From positions 4,500,001 to 4,532,000 of the forward strand of contig NC_008312.1 of assembly GCF_000014265.1 (NCBI RefSeq): 32,000 nucleotides of DNA, read 5' to 3'. Both the position numbers and the translations under genes were made by a program. The DNA comes from Trichodesmium erythraeum IMS101 (GTDB taxonomy: Bacteria; Cyanobacteriota; Cyanobacteriia; Cyanobacteriales; Microcoleaceae). The notes below the pieces were generated by a model that was given only the letters and a program-made list of their open reading frames with translations, made no database searches and was not told the origin of the DNA. Below are positions 20,570 through 29,051 of this stretch, piece by piece; position 1 is the stretch's first letter; each line of letters opens with the position of its first letter.

Positions 20570-21883
20570 ATGAATAAATCACAAACATCACCTATTAATA
20601 GTATTTGGCTATTTATGATAATTTCAGCTACTGTTATAGCTGCATACAATAATAGAATGATGGAAATAACTGAAGCATCATTTGAAGCTGCCAAAAATGC
20701 CGTTACTTTAGCCATCGGACTAATTGGTAGTATGGCATTATGGTTAGGGATAATTCAAATAGTTGAAACAGCAGGAGGGATGAAAATAATTGCCCGTTTT
20801 ATTTACCCTATAATGGTAAAGCTTTTTCCAAATATACCTGCATCTCACCCTGCTATGTCTGCCATTATTTTCAATATAGCTGCTAATGCTTTAGGATTAG
20901 GAAATGCTGCAACACCTATGGGTTTAAAAGCTATGGCAGAAATGGATAAATTAAATCCAGAAAAGGGAACTGCTACAGATGCAATGTGTTTATTTTTAGC
21001 AATTAATACCTCTTCGGTAACTATAATTCCTATTAGTGTAATAACCATTCGAGCGAGTGCAGGTGTTACTAATCCTGGGGATATTATTTTACCTACAATT
21101 ATTGCTACTTTTTGTTCTACAATTATGGCAGTTGTAGCAGCAAAATTTTTTGCAAGTCGGCAACCAATGCCAAGTATAAATCAATCATTTACTTCAGAAG
21201 ATTTGGAGAAAAATGATTTGTTTGACAGAGAAGAAAAAATCTCAGAACTTACACCACCATCCAAAATTGGAAAGTTAGTTTTTGCTAGTTTAATTGGCGT
21301 TTTTTTAGGTGCAATAATTTATCGCTTAAGACTCAGAGGTATACCTTATATTTTTAGTCTTACTTTTCTCCAAAGTTTGTCTAATTGGTTATTACCAATA
21401 CTAATTTGTTCCTTTCTTTTGTTTGGCTATTTCCGAGGAGTTAAAGTTTATGAAACAATGACTGAAGGCGCAAAATCTGGATTTGAAGTTGCTATTAGAG
21501 TAATTCCTTTTATGGTGGCAATTTTTGTAGCAATTGGAATGTTTAGAGCTAGTGGTGCGCTAGATATTATAGCTGGAATTTTATCGCCCATAACTAATCT
21601 AATTGGAATACCAGCAGAAGCACTACCTATGGCACTAATTCGACCTTTATCTGGTAGTGGTGCTTTTGGCATTATGTCCGAAATAGTTACAAATGAACCA
21701 TTAAGTTTTCTATCCTATTTAGTATCAACTATCCAGGGTTCTACAGAAACAACTTTTTATGTATTAGCTGTTTATTTCGGCAGTGTTGGAATTAAAAAAA
21801 CTAGATATGCTTTGCCTGCTGCTTTATCTGCTGATCTGGTAGGAATTTTGATATCTGTGATAGTTTGCCGAATTACATTTTAA
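20570..21883 (+). CDS. Nucleoside-recognition-domain membrane protein (fused SpmA/SpmB type)
   Basis: Polytopic membrane protein. NIAANALGLGNAATPMGLKAMAEM and LIRPLSGSGAFGIM are typical of the Gate/nucleoside-recognition (SpmA, SpmB) family. Confidence 0.8.
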   Translation: MNKSQTSPINSIWLFMIISATVIAAYNNRMMEITEASFEAAKNAVTLAIGLIGSMALWLGIIQIVETAGGMKIIARFIYPIMVKLFPNIPASHPAMSAIIFNIAANALGLGNAATPMGLKAMAEMDKLNPEKGTATDAMCLFLAINTSSVTIIPISVITIRASAGVTNPGDIILPTIIATFCSTIMAVVAAKFFASRQPMPSINQSFTSEDLEKNDLFDREEKISELTPPSKIGKLVFASLIGVFLGAIIYRLRLRGIPYIFSLTFLQSLSNWLLPILICSFLLFGYFRGVKVYETMTEGAKSGFEVAIRVIPFMVAIFVAIGMFRASGALDIIAGILSPITNLIGIPAEALPMALIRPLSGSGAFGIMSEIVTNEPLSFLSYLVSTIQGSTETTFYVLAVYFGSVGIKKTRYALPAALSADLVGILISVIVCRITF

Positions 21884-22119
21884 TAATTAAATACTGGAAT
21901 AAAGTGACTTTAAATTTAGTTGATTTTTTCCTATTATTTATAAGTATCTCAACTAACATCATTAGGAGTGATGAACTAAAACAATAAACTGAGTTTATTT
22001 ATATCATTATTATTTTTATATATCAGGAAAATTTCTATCATAATCTCGTTTATTTGTAGGTTATAATGATATAATTTATTTGTACTATACTTGAATTAAA
22101 AATTCAACAACAAAAATCT

Positions 22120-23082
22120 ATGAAAGCAATCACTATTAATCGATATGGTTCCATTGATGTCTTAGAATATTCAGAAATTCAAGAACCATTAATTACATCA
22201 AATCAATTATTAGTAAAAATTCACGCTACTAGTGTTAATCCTGTTGATTGGAAAATTAGACAAGGGCAATTACAATTATTATCAGCTTTTAACTTTCCAA
22301 TTATTTTAGGTTGTGATTTATCTGGAGTTGTATTAAAAGTAGGAGAAAAAGTAGAAGACTTTAAACCTGGAGATGAAATTTATACATTCGTAAATCCATT
22401 ATTAGGAGGTGCTTATGCAGAGTATATTGCTGTACCTGCAAATACTGTTGCATTAAAACCAAAGAATATGAATTATTGCCAAGCTGCAGCAGTACCTGTA
22501 GCAGGTTTAACTGCTTTTCAAGCATTACTTGATTTAGGTCAAATTAGACCAGGAAAAAAAATATTAATTAATGGTGCTTCTGGGGGAGTTGGAACTTTTG
22601 CCGTACAAATTGCTAAGGCAATGAAAGCTGAAGTAATAGGTGTTTGTAGTAGTAAAAATATTACTCTAGTAGAAAGTTTAGGGGCTGATCGGGTTATTGA
22701 TTATAATCAGGTTGATTTTACTAAAGAATTTGAACAGTATGACATTATTTTTGATGCTGTGGGAAAAGAAACTTTTTCTAGTTGTGAAAATGTATTGAAA
22801 TCAGAAGGAGTTTATATTTCTACTCTACCAAATTTAGAAAATTTACCTTCTACTTTATTGACTTTATTTGTACCTGGTAAAAAGTCTAAATTAATTCTTG
22901 TTCAACCTAATCCTCGTGATTTAATTTCTCTCCGAAAATTGATTGAAGATGGATTAGTTAAATCAGTGATTGACCGAACATATAAGTTGGCAGAAATAGC
23001 AGCTGCTCATACTTATAGCGAAATGAATCATGCTGTTGGAAAAATTGTGATTATCAATGAAGAGATAAGTCTAGTTGAATAA
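22120..23082 (+). CDS. Medium-chain dehydrogenase/reductase, NADPH:quinone oxidoreductase-like
   Basis: MKAITINRYG...LLVKIHATSVNPVDWKIRQG and the NAD(P) fold ILINGASGGVGTFAVQIAK are present. The catalytic-zinc Cys/His ligands are absent, which indicates the quinone-reductase subclass. Confidence 0.85.
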   Translation: MKAITINRYGSIDVLEYSEIQEPLITSNQLLVKIHATSVNPVDWKIRQGQLQLLSAFNFPIILGCDLSGVVLKVGEKVEDFKPGDEIYTFVNPLLGGAYAEYIAVPANTVALKPKNMNYCQAAAVPVAGLTAFQALLDLGQIRPGKKILINGASGGVGTFAVQIAKAMKAEVIGVCSSKNITLVESLGADRVIDYNQVDFTKEFEQYDIIFDAVGKETFSSCENVLKSEGVYISTLPNLENLPSTLLTLFVPGKKSKLILVQPNPRDLISLRKLIEDGLVKSVIDRTYKLAEIAAAHTYSEMNHAVGKIVIINEEISLVE

Positions 23083-23133
23083 TTTTTTTATACTTTAAGA
23101 ACAGCAGTAGCTTTGAAAAAATAGGATATTAAT

Positions 23134-23571
23134 ATGTTGATTAAAAATGAACTTTTAGAAATAGAAACTGCTCCTGGAATTGAAATATACAATATTACTC
23201 CCCAAGTTATTGATATCTTAACTGCAACTGGTATAAATGATGGGCAGGTAATTGTATTTTCTAGACACACAACTACTGCTTTAGGGATTAATGAAAATGA
23301 GGAAAGATTAATTGAAGATTTGAAAGTATACTTAAGAAAGTTAGCGCCAGAATCTGACAAGTATCTTCATAATGATTTGCATTTGCGAGATGTTCCTCCG
23401 GATGAACCAATTAATGCTCATTCTCATCTTATAGCAATGACTTTAAATAATAGTGAGGTGATTCCTATTATGGATGGAAAATTAGCTTTAGGAACTTGGC
23501 AGTCAGTATTATTTTTTGAATTAGATGGACCTCGAAAAAGAAATGTATTAGTGCAGGTTACTGGTAGATAA
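23134..23571 (+). CDS. yjbQ: YjbQ/UPF0047 family protein (secondary thiamine-phosphate synthase enzyme)
   Basis: DITP...G.V.VFS.HTTTAL.INENE, NAHSH and LALGTWQSVLFFELDGPRKR are characteristic UPF0047 blocks. Confidence 0.85.
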   Translation: MLIKNELLEIETAPGIEIYNITPQVIDILTATGINDGQVIVFSRHTTTALGINENEERLIEDLKVYLRKLAPESDKYLHNDLHLRDVPPDEPINAHSHLIAMTLNNSEVIPIMDGKLALGTWQSVLFFELDGPRKRNVLVQVTGR

Positions 23572-24096
23572 AGTTTGATTATCTCAGTGTCTAATAAAAG
23601 GAAATAGGCAGTAGTAAAAATCCTTACTCTTGATTTATTTTTTTCTTTTTTGAACTGGTATTATTCTCAGACAATATATATTCTAAATTTCCACTTCAAG
23701 CAAGTTGGACGAGTTGGGAAATTATTAGTTTTCGCCAAAGTTTTAAGAGAGAGAAATTTTTATCAGGAAATTAGCAACTATATTTTGAAAAACTCAAAAA
23801 GTTACTGTTATTGTAGAGGATATTCAAATACTTGAAATTAAAGAGGCCTGTTTTGAGTATATCTGAGCACACCTTTTCCATTATGTTTATAGTATCATGT
23901 CAAGTGTTTTTAATCAACCACTTTGAGGATATTTTTAATTGAGTTAATTTAAATTTATTCCCTGGTTCATAACAGCCCAAAAACTGGCGAATTTTCTCTA
24001 AATTTGTCCCCAATTAGGGAAGCTTAAGTTTATAAAAAACTTTTAAATACTGACTAAAAATAAATTCAAGTGGAAGAGATAAATAAGGAAGGCTTT

Positions 24097-25353
24097 ATGT
24101 TGAAACAAATAACTTTGGAAAACTGGAAAAGTTTCCGTCATGCAGAATTATATATTGACCCATTAACGGTTTTAATTGGTACAAATGCTAGTGGGAAATC
24201 TAATGTTGTAGATGCCTTAGATTTTTTGAATAGTATGATGCAACGTGCTTCAGTAGAAACAGTATTAATAGGCGATCGCTTTACTCCAGGTATTAGAGGA
24301 GGAATTGAGTGGGCAGCTAGAAAACCAGAAACAAAATTTAGTTTTCAAGTATTAGTAGATGGGAAAGATAAAGGGAATGATTATCTTTATAAAATCACTG
24401 TAGAAAATACAAATGCTGTACAGGTAGTAGATGAATCTTTAACTTTAATTGATAGTCAAAATATCTCGGATAATAATTCATGTCAGCAACTTTTTTTTAT
24501 ATCCTTTACTTATGAAAAAAATAGAATAATTTATAAACATTATGAAGCAGAAAAAGAAGTTATAAAAAAATTTTATCCTACTCCTAATCCTTGGTTGGGT
24601 CATTCTACAGATAAGATTCCATTCTATGAATTTGATGATGTTAATCAAATGATGTCTGCGCAAATTATGGTTCCAGAGATTCTCAAAAATATTTTTATTT
24701 TAAATCCAATACCTTCGCAAATGAGGTATCCTTCACCTCTATCAACAAAGTTAGAAAGAGACGGTTCTAATATTGCTGGAGTTTTAGCAGCATTACCACA
24801 ACCAATAAAAGCTCAAGTAGAGGAAAAACTATTAAAATATCTGGCAAAATTACCAGAAGGAGATATGCAAAAAGTATGGTCTGAATCTGTGGGAAGATTA
24901 GGTAGGGATGCCATACTTTACTGTGAAGAAATCTGGGATTTTAACAAAGACCCAATGATAGTTGATGCTAGTGGAATGTCAGATGGAACTTTGCGATTTT
25001 TAGCAATTTTAACAGCAATGTTAACTCAACCAGAAAATAGTCTAATTGTCATAGAAGAAGTTGATAATGGTTTACATCTTTCTCGCGCTAGATTACTATT
25101 AGAAATGCTAAGAGAAATTGGTCAACAGCGTCAAATTTATATCTTAGTTACAACCCATAATTCTGCTTTATTAGATGAGCTAACTCCAGATTTTATTCCT
25201 TTTGTAATGGTAGCTTATCGAGATAAACAAACCGGAGAAAGTCAGTTAATTCCTTTAGAGGATATTGGAGATTTACCGAAGTTAATGGCATCAGGAACTT
25301 TAGGTAAAATTGCTAGTAATAGTTTGATTGAAAAAAGTCTTAAAGTAAATTAG
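24097..25353 (+). CDS. ABC-type / SMC-like ATPase (AAA_21/AAA_15-like), candidate defence-module ATPase
   Basis: MLKQITLENWKSFRHAELYIDPLTVLIGTNASGKSNVVDAL carries the Walker A motif. Also present are the signature-like MSDGTLRFLAIL, Walker B LIVIEEVDNGLH and H-loop VTTHNS. ATG 24097 is preceded by AAGGAAGG; the track ORF begins at GTG 24070. No nuclease domain is fused. Confidence 0.8.
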   Translation: MLKQITLENWKSFRHAELYIDPLTVLIGTNASGKSNVVDALDFLNSMMQRASVETVLIGDRFTPGIRGGIEWAARKPETKFSFQVLVDGKDKGNDYLYKITVENTNAVQVVDESLTLIDSQNISDNNSCQQLFFISFTYEKNRIIYKHYEAEKEVIKKFYPTPNPWLGHSTDKIPFYEFDDVNQMMSAQIMVPEILKNIFILNPIPSQMRYPSPLSTKLERDGSNIAGVLAALPQPIKAQVEEKLLKYLAKLPEGDMQKVWSESVGRLGRDAILYCEEIWDFNKDPMIVDASGMSDGTLRFLAILTAMLTQPENSLIVIEEVDNGLHLSRARLLLEMLREIGQQRQIYILVTTHNSALLDELTPDFIPFVMVAYRDKQTGESQLIPLEDIGDLPKLMASGTLGKIASNSLIEKSLKVN

Positions 25354-26234
25354 ATAGCCGGAGAAAGTCAGTTAATTCATTTAGAGGATATTGGAGATTT
25401 ACCGAAGTTAATGGCATCAGGAACTTTAGGCAAAATTGCTAGTAATAGTTGATTGAAAAAAGTCTTAAAGTAAATTAGATAGCCGGAGAAAGTCAGTTAA
25501 TTCATTTAGAAGATATTGGAGATTTACCGAAGTTAATGGCATCAGGAACTTTAGGTAAAATTGCTAGTAATAGTTTGATTGAAAAAAGTCTTAAAGTAAA
25601 TTAGATAGCCGGAGAAAGTCAGTTAATTCATTTAGAAGATATTGGAGATTTACCGAAGTTAATGGCATCAGGAACTTTAGGTAAAATTGCTAGTAATAGT
25701 TTGATTGAAAAAAGTCTTAAAGTAAATTAGATAGCCGGAGAAAGTCAGTTAATTCATTTAGAGGATATTGGAGATTTACCGAAGTTAATGGCATCAGGAA
25801 CTTTAGGCAAAATTGCTAGTAATAGTTGATTGAAAAAAGTCTTAAAGTAAATTAGATAGCCGGAGAAAGTCAGTTAATTCATTTAGAGGATATTGGAGAT
25901 TTACCGAAGTTAATGGCATCAGGAACTTTAGGCAAAATTGCTAGTAATAGTTGATTGAAAAAAGTCTTAAAGTAAATTAGATAGCCGGAGAAAGTCAGTT
26001 AATTCATTTAGAGGATATTGGAGATTTACCGAAGTTAATGGCATCAGGAACTTTAGGCAAAATTGCTAGTAATAGTTGATTGAAAAAAGTCTTAAAGTAA
26101 ATTAGATGGCCGGAGAAAGTCAGTTAATTCATTTAGAGGATATTGGAGATTTACCGAAGTTAATGGCATCAGGAACTTTAGGCAAAATTGCTAGTAATAG
26201 TTGATTGAAAAAAGTCTTAAAGTAAATTAGATAG
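25232..26234 (+). repeat. Tandem array, 8 units of 125/126 bp; unit 1 is the native 3' end of the ATPase CDS and units 2-8 are extra copies
   Basis: Units start at 25232, 25358, 25483, 25609, 25735, 25860, 25985 and 26110, and the array ends at 26234. Each unit runs CCGGAGAAAGTCAGTTAATTC...AAAGTAAATTAGATAG and carries the last 41 codons, the TAG stop and 4 nt of spacer. Units differ by 0-4 nt. Confidence 0.95.
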
Positions 26235-26235
26235 T

Positions 26236-26842
26236 ATGAAAAAAGTGCTGATTATTGATACTTCAATTTTCTGTGTTTATTTAGGAGTAACTGGCAAAGA
26301 AAACTGTGGTTCTAAGGGTAATAAGTTGATAAAATTCAAGTAGATGAAAAACTGAAAAATTAGGAAGAAGAAAAAACGACATTTGTTTTACTTTTAGCAA
26401 CAATTATTGAAATAGGTAATCATATTGCTCAAGCATCAACAAAGCGTTATAAAATAGCAAAAAAAAAATTAGCTAATCTGATGAAATTAACTGCAGATAA
26501 CCCAACTCCTTGGGCAGCATTTATAGAACTATTAGTTTTATGGAATAGCAAAAAAAATTAGCTAATCTGATGAAATTAGCTGCAGATAACCCAACTCCTT
26601 GGGCAGCATTTATAGAACTATCAGTTTTATGGAATTCAGAAAATTTGAAGCAGTTAGCTGATGAATTTCCTAATTTTGCTAATCAAGGATTGGTCCTAGG
26701 AGATGCTACAATTAAACAGATTGCTAACTATTATAATAAGTGAGAAAATCAGGTAGAAATTTTGACAGGAGATAAAAGTTTAAAATCATATTAACTTCCC
26801 GAACCTCGGCTAATTCCTAGACGCAGAAGAGACAAGAATTAA
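26236..26842 (+). pseudogene. Decayed PIN-like nuclease gene, formerly abutting the ATPase gene
   Basis: Pieced together across frames: MKKVLIIDTSIFCVYLGVTGKENCGSKGNK / VDKIQVDEKLKN* / EEEKTTFVLLLATIIEIGNHIAQAS...LANLMKLAADNPTPWAAFIELSVLWNSENLKQLADEFPNFANQGLVLGDATIKQIANYYNK*ENQVEILTGDKSLKSY*LPEPRLIPRRRRDKN*. Acidic residues sit in PIN-like contexts (IIDTS, IIEIGN, LGDATI, LTGD). There are at least five lesions: one frameshift, three in-frame stops and one 91-bp duplication. Confidence 0.55.
26454..26635. repeat. About 90-bp tandem duplication (x2) inside the PIN-like pseudogene
   Basis: ATAGC(A)nTTAGCTAATCTGATGAAATTA(A/G)CTGCAGATAACCCAACTCCTTGGGCAGCATTTATAGAACTAT(T/C)AGTTTTATGGA at 26454-26544 (A-run of 10) and 26545-26633 (A-run of 8). 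Confidence 0.9.
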
Positions 26843-27032
26843 AACAGCAATATCTAGATTTTTTTCAATTAACTAGATTTAATTTATAGCTATAGAAATG
26901 AGCTAATTTTTACAGAGATAACTATCAACAAAAAAACTCTGCAACTCAGATTTTGTGCATTTAAATGACAAATTGATTGTATGCCTCCCTTGAGAAAAAA
27001 CCTTTCTAAATTATAAATTCTCAATTTTAGCT

Positions 27033-27262
27033 AATACCAGAAATTCCTCCAGTAACCAGAGCAATTTTTCCATCAAATTCGTTACTCATAATTTATGGTT
27101 GTGTAAATAACATTAAATTTGGGCAAAATTATCTAATCATTACTCAGATAAAATTAGTAATTATTCAAAAATAATCACTAATTATAAAAAATTTTTCTCC
27201 CAAAGAAAAAGGGCAAATCAGAGATTTTTTTTTCGGCTTCAATAGCTCAAAAAATAAATCAA
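27033..27262 (-). pseudogene. Fragment copy of the SDR gene 5' end (19 codons, MSNEFDGKIALVTGGISG) plus a copy of its upstream region
   Basis: 27033-27262 aligns colinearly by eye, at roughly 80% identity, with 28021-28250 (the first codons and upstream region of the intact SDR). The fragment start codon is at 27089-27087 on the minus strand, and the reading frame ends after about 19 codons. Confidence 0.8.
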
Positions 27263-27309
27263 AATACTCTCATAAAATACTCTATCTTAATCAAATAATA
27301 TAACTGCAA

Positions 27310-28077
27310 TTATTGCGCAATCAAACCTCCATCTATTCTGAGAGAATGACCAGTAATAAAACTAGCTGCATCAGAACATAACCAGACAACAGCATTGGCT
27401 ACTTCTTCTGGTTGACCAATACGACCAATAGGGTTTGCTGCTACTATTTTTGCTTTAGCTTCACTATCACCTATTTGGGCAAAAGCACGCTCAATCATAT
27501 CTGTTTGAATGAAACCAGGACAAACAGCATTAATTCTAATACCTGCTGTTGCTTGTTCCAGAGCAAGGGCTCTTGTTAAGCCTATTACACCATGTTTACT
27601 AGCACAGTAAATTGACGAATTAAGAGTACCAATTAGCCCTGCTATAGAAGCATTATTCACTATTGCTCCCCCGCCATTTTTTAACATTTCAGGAATTTGA
27701 TATTTCATCGATAACCAAACTCCTTTAAGATTAATATCAATTACCTGATTCCAATTTTCTTCAGTTTGCTCAATACTAGGTCCTATTATCCCTTCTATAC
27801 CTGCATTATTAAATGCATAATCTAAACTACTATAGGTATTAATTGTTTGATTCACTAAATTTTCAACTTCAATAGCTTGAGTAATATCTGTTTTGAAAAA
27901 GATAGCTTCGCTGCCAACTTCTTTAATCATTGCTACTGTTTCTTCACCTTCTTTTTCCCGGCGACTGGCAATAACTACTTTGGCTCCTTTCTTAGCAAAA
28001 GCTATAGCAGTAGCTCTACCAATACCAGAACTTCCTCCAGTAACTAAAGCAATTTTTCCTTCAAATTCTTTACTCAT
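27310..28077 (-). CDS. Short-chain dehydrogenase/reductase (classical SDR, FabG/glucose-1-dehydrogenase-like)
   Basis: TGGSSGIGRA (cofactor motif), NNAG and the catalytic S...YCASK are present. 255 aa. Confidence 0.9.
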   Translation of the reverse strand: MSKEFEGKIALVTGGSSGIGRATAIAFAKKGAKVVIASRREKEGEETVAMIKEVGSEAIFFKTDITQAIEVENLVNQTINTYSSLDYAFNNAGIEGIIGPSIEQTEENWNQVIDINLKGVWLSMKYQIPEMLKNGGGAIVNNASIAGLIGTLNSSIYCASKHGVIGLTRALALEQATAGIRINAVCPGFIQTDMIERAFAQIGDSEAKAKIVAANPIGRIGQPEEVANAVVWLCSDAASFITGHSLRIDGGLIAQ

Positions 28078-28321
28078 AATTTATGCTTGCGTAAATAACA
28101 TTATATTTTATGTAAATTATCTTATCATGCCTCAGATAAAATTAATAATTCTTTTTTAATGGTCACTAATTATTAAAAAAATAATTCATTATAAAAAGGG
28201 CAAATTAGAAACTTCTAGCTACTTCAATAGCTCAAAAAATGAATAAAATTTATTTGGTGAAGACTTGATTAATCATAGAATAAAAGGGAGCTTTACTGCC
28301 TAGTTTTTTTAAAGTTATTTA

Positions 28322-28455
28322 TACTGTTTCTTTACTTTCTTTTTCCCTACGACTGGCAATAACTATTTTGGATATTTTTTTAGCAAAAGATATAGCATTA
28401 ACTATACCAATAGCACGACTTTCTCCAGTAATTAGGGTGGCTTTTCTCTCAAATT
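28322..28455 (-). pseudogene. Second, more diverged fragment of the SDR 5' region (about codons 4-48), no start codon
   Basis: 28322-28455 aligns with 27934-28067 of the intact SDR gene (TACTGTTTCTT.ACTTTCTTTTTCCC..CGACTGGCAATAACTA.TTTGG...). The Gly-rich motif region is degenerate. Confidence 0.7.
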
Positions 28456-29051
28456 ATGTAATTATATTTATGATGTATTTGTTTCAAAATATGATAGTAT
28501 ATAAAACTAATTAGCTATTAGCTTGTAGCATTTTTGTACCGAGATGTTCCGTAAATATCTAGCCTTCTGGCTTAGAACTACTTTAAAAGTTGTTAACAGC
28601 TCTTGATTCAAGCTTACGGCTATCATTATACCAGATGTTTTAGGAAGGTTTAAAATATATTTCTAAAGGTCACAATAAATAATCCTACTAACCAAAAAAA
28701 TAAGGTCTCAAGCTTCCCATTTGGATGAAAAAATACTCAATTCAGTATTTCAAGGCTATGGCTTCAGTCAGAGGTACTAATAACTGATAACTTAAATGAC
28801 TACTGATTTAATTTTCAGCATTTATCTAGTCTTTTAACTATGATATAAAAAAATTATCCTCAAATATATTTATAGCTACATCGATGCAGTAAATTGGTTA
28901 GAGTCTAAAATCAATTATGATGGTAGTTATTCTCTAGGAACTGAGGATTTAGCTTGTTATTATAAGGAGACTTATCTGTTGTATATATTTTGACTTCCGT
29001 AAATAAAATCATATAGCGATCGCCCTATTTGTCCCATAATTAATTTTGCCA

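Noticed and set aside
20845-21672. Minus-strand ORFs 20845-21048 and 21448-21672
   Set aside because: They are antisense shadows of the Gly/Ala/Ile-rich membrane protein gene.
23088-23360. 90-aa minus-strand ORF
   Set aside because: It is antisense to yjbQ, which has clear family motifs.
23650-23835. 61-aa plus-strand ORF in the spacer upstream of the ATPase gene
   Set aside because: It starts at TTG, has no ribosome-binding site, and has an odd composition (Tyr/Asn/Lys/Cys-rich) typical of random AT-rich ORFs. It may still be part of a decayed gene.
24478-24663. 61-aa minus-strand ORF
   Set aside because: It is antisense to the ATPase gene and is a low-complexity Ile/Phe/Lys-rich translation.
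25232-26234. The tandem array could be a CRISPR array
   Set aside because: The units are contiguous with no unique spacers, are 125/126 bp long, and are copies of coding sequence. No cas genes are present in the window.
25351-26234. The array could encode alternative or extended C-termini for the ATPase, via readthrough or recombinational switching
   Set aside because: Every unit carries the TAG stop. Type A units are additionally frameshifted, with a TGA after ...IASNS. The inter-unit differences are almost all synonymous (GAG/GAA, GGT/GGC), with only one Pro/His change, so there is no diversification signal.
27893-28159. 88-aa plus-strand ORF
   Set aside because: It is antisense to the 5' part of the SDR gene.
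28868-28995. Short ORF KKIILKYIYSYIDAVNWLESKINYDGSYSLGTEDLACYYKETYLLYIF, resembling a prenyltransferase/terpene-cyclase repeat (..WL...Q..DGS..)
   Set aside because: The resemblance rests on a single short motif of about 15 aa in AT-rich DNA. That is too weak to call a gene remnant without BLASTX.
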